From a virus: 64,000 nucleotides of DNA. The DNA lies in the IMG/VR virus record IMGVR_UViG_3300032665_000006, positions 1 to 64,000 of that record. The stretch is one strand, 5' to 3'. Below, one piece after another: positions 60,619-64,000 of this stretch (position 1 is the stretch's first letter; each line of letters starts with the position of its first letter). The notes beneath the pieces were generated by a model. It saw nothing but the letters and a program-made list of their open reading frames with translations. It was not told the DNA's origin and did no database searches. Made by a program: the position numbers and the translations under genes.

Positions 60619-61921
60619 AGATACTATATGTACTATCCCTTGGAATCATCTTGCTATTTTACAGAATGGTGATTATGGAATTTGTTGTCAGTGCGTGTAT
60701 AGTGCCGCTGGTCGATTAATTACCGATGGTGTGTCAGAAAATGTGTTAACAAAAGATATTGAAGAAGTTAGAAATCATCCAATGTATGTTGACCTTAGGC
60801 GTAGTATGATGGCCGGGGAAAAACATCCTTTATGTAAATTATGTTGGGATGAAGAAGAACTAGGTATCCTTTCAAAAAGACAAAATCAACAAAAAATTTA
60901 CGGTAATACCTTAGAACAAATTGTTAACTCTGAAGATAAAAGTGGAGTAATTGATACTAAAGAATATCCATTGAACTATTTAGATTTAAGATTGGGAAAT
61001 CTTTGTAATTTAAAGTGTCGTAGTTGCGGTCCAGCAGATAGTTCATTGTGGATCGAGGATATGTATGACGCTGGTATTACTGAATTCCGTGTACAAAACA
61101 TATCTAAATCATACGAAATTGAAAAAAAGAATAATGTATACAAAATTAAAAGTGATGATTTTCAATATTATGCTAGTGAACAATTTGGCAAAAATTTAGA
61201 AGAAACATTGTCTACTATTGATAGAATTTATTTTACGGGCGGCGACCCTTTGCTTAATAAAAAACATTATGAAATATTAGACTATTGTATTGAACACGAT
61301 TACGCAAAAAATATTACACTTGAATACAATACTAACGGAACAACTCTTAACAAAAATTTGTTGGAGCAATGGCGACATTTTGCCCATGTAATAGTTTGTT
61401 TTAGTATTGATGGTATAGGTGATATGGCGCATTATGTTCGCTATCCATCAGACTGGGAAGTTATCGAAGCAAATATAAAAGAGTTAGATAGTTCAGATTT
61501 AACAAATGTACTGTGTACAACTAATTTTACTGTAAGCATATTGAATGTAAAACATTTTTTAGAAACATTAGATTGGTTTTATGCTCAACCCTTTCAAAAA
61601 TTTGGCGGAAGAAATCGAAGACTATACTGGCATCGTTTAGTTGGACCGCCCTGGTTTAATTTACAAGTGTTACCGCAAGAAACAAAACAAGAAATTACAG
61701 CTCTGTATCAAAAATACATGGATGAATCTCCGAGATCATTTATTAAGAGCTATATTGGTCCTATTGTAGATTTTATGAACGCTGGCGATATGAGTCAATA
61801 TTTGCCAGATACAAAAAGAGTTATCGAAGGCATCGACAAGATTAGAAATCAAAAATTAGAAGATTATATTCCTTGGTTATCGGATGTATTGAAAAATGTT
61901 GAAAGCAATGCTAAAAAATGA
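60611..61921 (+). CDS. Radical SAM enzyme with N-terminal SPASM/twitch
   Basis: CTIPW...ICC...CKLC, CNLKCRSC, TGGDP, NTNG, SIDG. Confidence 0.92.
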   Translation: MSKDTICTIPWNHLAILQNGDYGICCQCVYSAAGRLITDGVSENVLTKDIEEVRNHPMYVDLRRSMMAGEKHPLCKLCWDEEELGILSKRQNQQKIYGNTLEQIVNSEDKSGVIDTKEYPLNYLDLRLGNLCNLKCRSCGPADSSLWIEDMYDAGITEFRVQNISKSYEIEKKNNVYKIKSDDFQYYASEQFGKNLEETLSTIDRIYFTGGDPLLNKKHYEILDYCIEHDYAKNITLEYNTNGTTLNKNLLEQWRHFAHVIVCFSIDGIGDMAHYVRYPSDWEVIEANIKELDSSDLTNVLCTTNFTVSILNVKHFLETLDWFYAQPFQKFGGRNRRLYWHRLVGPPWFNLQVLPQETKQEITALYQKYMDESPRSFIKSYIGPIVDFMNAGDMSQYLPDTKRVIEGIDKIRNQKLEDYIPWLSDVLKNVESNAKK

Positions 61922-63222
61922 CCGATAAAAAAGTATATAGATTGGAACAAAGTAAGACTTTTTGTATGGCACCTTGGGTACATATTCATAACTTACCAAG
62001 CGGAGAAATTTTACCTTGCTGTATAAACAATCAAACTTTAAAGATTGGTAATTTATACGAGGATTCCGTTGAAACTATCTGGAATAATGATGTTTACAAA
62101 TCTATTCGTACAGATATGTTGGCCGATACACCTATCGCTAGTTGCGAAAGATGTTACAAAGAAGAAGAATGGGGTAATAATCAATCATATAGAAAAGTAT
62201 TCAATAATGAATACGGTAACAGATACGAAGATTTAGTTGAGCAATTAACAACGGAAGATGGCACCGCAACTAAGATGGAATTTAGACGCTGGGACTTTAG
62301 ATTTAGTAATTTGTGTAACTTAGCCTGCACTAGTTGCGGCCCTAACTGTAGTAGTATGTGGGTAGAAATTGTTAATAAAATGGGGTTACCGCATAAAGGT
62401 GATAAATTTCAAACAAGTAGACAAAATCTAGAACTTTTTATCGATACAATAAAAAAGCAAGCTGATATTGTTGATAATGTATATCTAGCTGGCGGCGAAC
62501 CATTAATACAACCGGAACATTACGAAATTTTAAAACATATCGATGAAATTGGAAGATTGGATAAAATTAATTTTACTTATAGTACAAATTTAACATCACT
62601 AACATACAAATCTACTAATGTTATGGACTACTGGAATAAAATGAAATATGTTAAAGTATTAGTAAGTCTTGATGAAGTAGACCCTGATAGATTGTATTAT
62701 ATTAGATATCCATCTAAAGCAAGCGAAATTATAGACAATATTAAAACATTAAACAAAAATTTTACAGGCGATAATCGCAGATGGTCGATTACTCCAACTT
62801 GGAGTATAATGAATATCCATAGAATAAAAGATATTGCTAGATTTTTTAAAGATAATAACTTATTACCGGCAACATTTGCTGATAGCGCAGAGTGGGAAGT
62901 TGATTTACATAACATTCTTCTGCTATATCCAAATCATATGTCTATATCAGCGGCACCTCCAGAATGGAAACAGTATCTTCGAAAACAATTAGATGAATAT
63001 GTACAGTGGTATATAGACGAAATGCTTTCTATGAAAAACTCCCATGTTAAACAACGAGCTACTGATCTATTTTTAAGTAATATTAAAAGATTTTATGGTG
63101 CGCTCGATGATAATATACAAGTTGATCCAAAGATTCATAAAGATTGGTATTCAAGATTAGATAGAGTTAGAAATACTAGTTTTAATGACGCATTTCCTGA
63201 ACTAGCATGGAATTTAGCATAA
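61918..63222 (+). CDS. Radical SAM enzyme with N-terminal SPASM/twitch
   Basis: CMAPW...PCC...CERC, CNLACTSC, AGGEP, STN, SLD. Confidence 0.92.
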   Translation: MTDKKVYRLEQSKTFCMAPWVHIHNLPSGEILPCCINNQTLKIGNLYEDSVETIWNNDVYKSIRTDMLADTPIASCERCYKEEEWGNNQSYRKVFNNEYGNRYEDLVEQLTTEDGTATKMEFRRWDFRFSNLCNLACTSCGPNCSSMWVEIVNKMGLPHKGDKFQTSRQNLELFIDTIKKQADIVDNVYLAGGEPLIQPEHYEILKHIDEIGRLDKINFTYSTNLTSLTYKSTNVMDYWNKMKYVKVLVSLDEVDPDRLYYIRYPSKASEIIDNIKTLNKNFTGDNRRWSITPTWSIMNIHRIKDIARFFKDNNLLPATFADSAEWEVDLHNILLLYPNHMSISAAPPEWKQYLRKQLDEYVQWYIDEMLSMKNSHVKQRATDLFLSNIKRFYGALDDNIQVDPKIHKDWYSRLDRVRNTSFNDAFPELAWNLA

Positions 63223-63244
63223 GTATTAATGATAAGGAATTAAT

Positions 63245-64000
63245 ATGTCAATAATTGGTTTAGACCCAGCTCATTCCCCTTTTAAATATTTAGATGAATA
63301 TATAGATGAACCTAATTGGGAAACACTTCATAACGAAGTATGCTTAGGTATTGCTAAAGCAGAATGGAATAAAAAATTTGTATCTAGCGGTGTACATAAG
63401 GACTGGGCAGATAAGGAAATCACTACTACTTTTCTTAAATTAAAGGAAAGGTTGACCCCTGAACAGTTAGCCATATTTGTAACATTAAATTCTACAGACG
63501 AAAAGATAAAATATCTTAACGCATTAACACATACTCCGCATCCGTTTTGGGTAATATTTTTGCGGTGGAACAAAAGAGTAGAACAAACAGGGGTATATAA
63601 CAAAGCAGTACCAGAAGATTGTTTTTGGACTCCGAATGCTAAACACTTTCCAACTTTAGTAAAATTTATTGAATCTATGCCTTTTGAGGGAATAGGTCGT
63701 GTTATTTTCTTCATGACCGAAGCTAATAATCAAACAGTACCTCACTTTGATGTAGCTAACGAAGCACAACGAGCAGAAAAGTCTAACGATGATTTTATAT
63801 GGTTTACTACTAAACCAAACTCTAAAAGTATGTTTGTTATGAACGGTGAAACATTAGATAAAGTTTATGCTGATCCTGCCAAGAATTTTGTATGGTTTAA
63901 CGAAATGGATTTTCATGGAACTGACCCAGTTGACCACTTTAGTTTTTCTATTAGAATTGACGGTAAGTTTAAACCAGAAGTAAAAGAAGCTCTTACAAAG
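63245..64000 (+). CDS. Probable 2OG-Fe(II) dioxygenase (runs off right edge; absent from ORF track)
   Basis: MSIIGLDPAHSPF...; GRVIFF, VPHFD (HxD), FNEMDFHG (distal His), SIRIDG (2OG-binding Arg); AAGGA RBS. Confidence 0.75.
   Translation, partial: MSIIGLDPAHSPFKYLDEYIDEPNWETLHNEVCLGIAKAEWNKKFVSSGVHKDWADKEITTTFLKLKERLTPEQLAIFVTLNSTDEKIKYLNALTHTPHPFWVIFLRWNKRVEQTGVYNKAVPEDCFWTPNAKHFPTLVKFIESMPFEGIGRVIFFMTEANNQTVPHFDVANEAQRAEKSNDDFIWFTTKPNSKSMFVMNGETLDKVYADPAKNFVWFNEMDFHGTDPVDHFSFSIRIDGKFKPEVKEALTK

Noticed and set aside
63328-63714. 128-aa minus-strand ORF
   Set aside because: Antisense to the plus-strand 2OG-Fe(II) oxygenase-like gene, which has an RBS and catalytic motifs
1-64000. Stop-codon reassignment
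   Set aside because: Core genes are full length in the standard code, and TAA, TAG and TGA all end real genes

Overview
The window is a 64-kb piece of a large, AT-rich T4-like myophage genome, read in the standard genetic code. It holds four blocks. (1) Minus-strand head module: portal gp20, prohead core, protease gp21, scaffold gp22 and major capsid gp23, followed by a long Gly-rich/beta-propeller fibre gene that runs off the left edge. (2) Two tandem tape-measure-like paralogues with different peptidoglycan hydrolases, a gp26/gp51-like pair, and gp55/gp47/gp46. (3) Plus-strand baseplate module: tube initiator, gp53, hub, gp5, gp25, gp6, a 5004-aa wedge/adhesin and fibre connectors. (4) A modification island of glycosyltransferase-like proteins, a methyltransferase, four radical SAM enzymes and a 2OG-Fe(II) oxygenase. 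Four GIY-YIG homing endonucleases are interspersed. The main observations not explained by the gene calls are: a ~430-nt structured non-coding element behind a stand-alone GIY-YIG gene (RNA or origin candidate); a -1 slippery site that could fuse the gp26- and gp51-like ORFs like a lambda G/GT chaperone; a codon-shifted patch in gp46 carrying a basic overlapping ORF; apparently leaderless late mRNAs; and insertion scars around the endonucleases. Family assignments come from motif recognition and synteny only; no searches were run.
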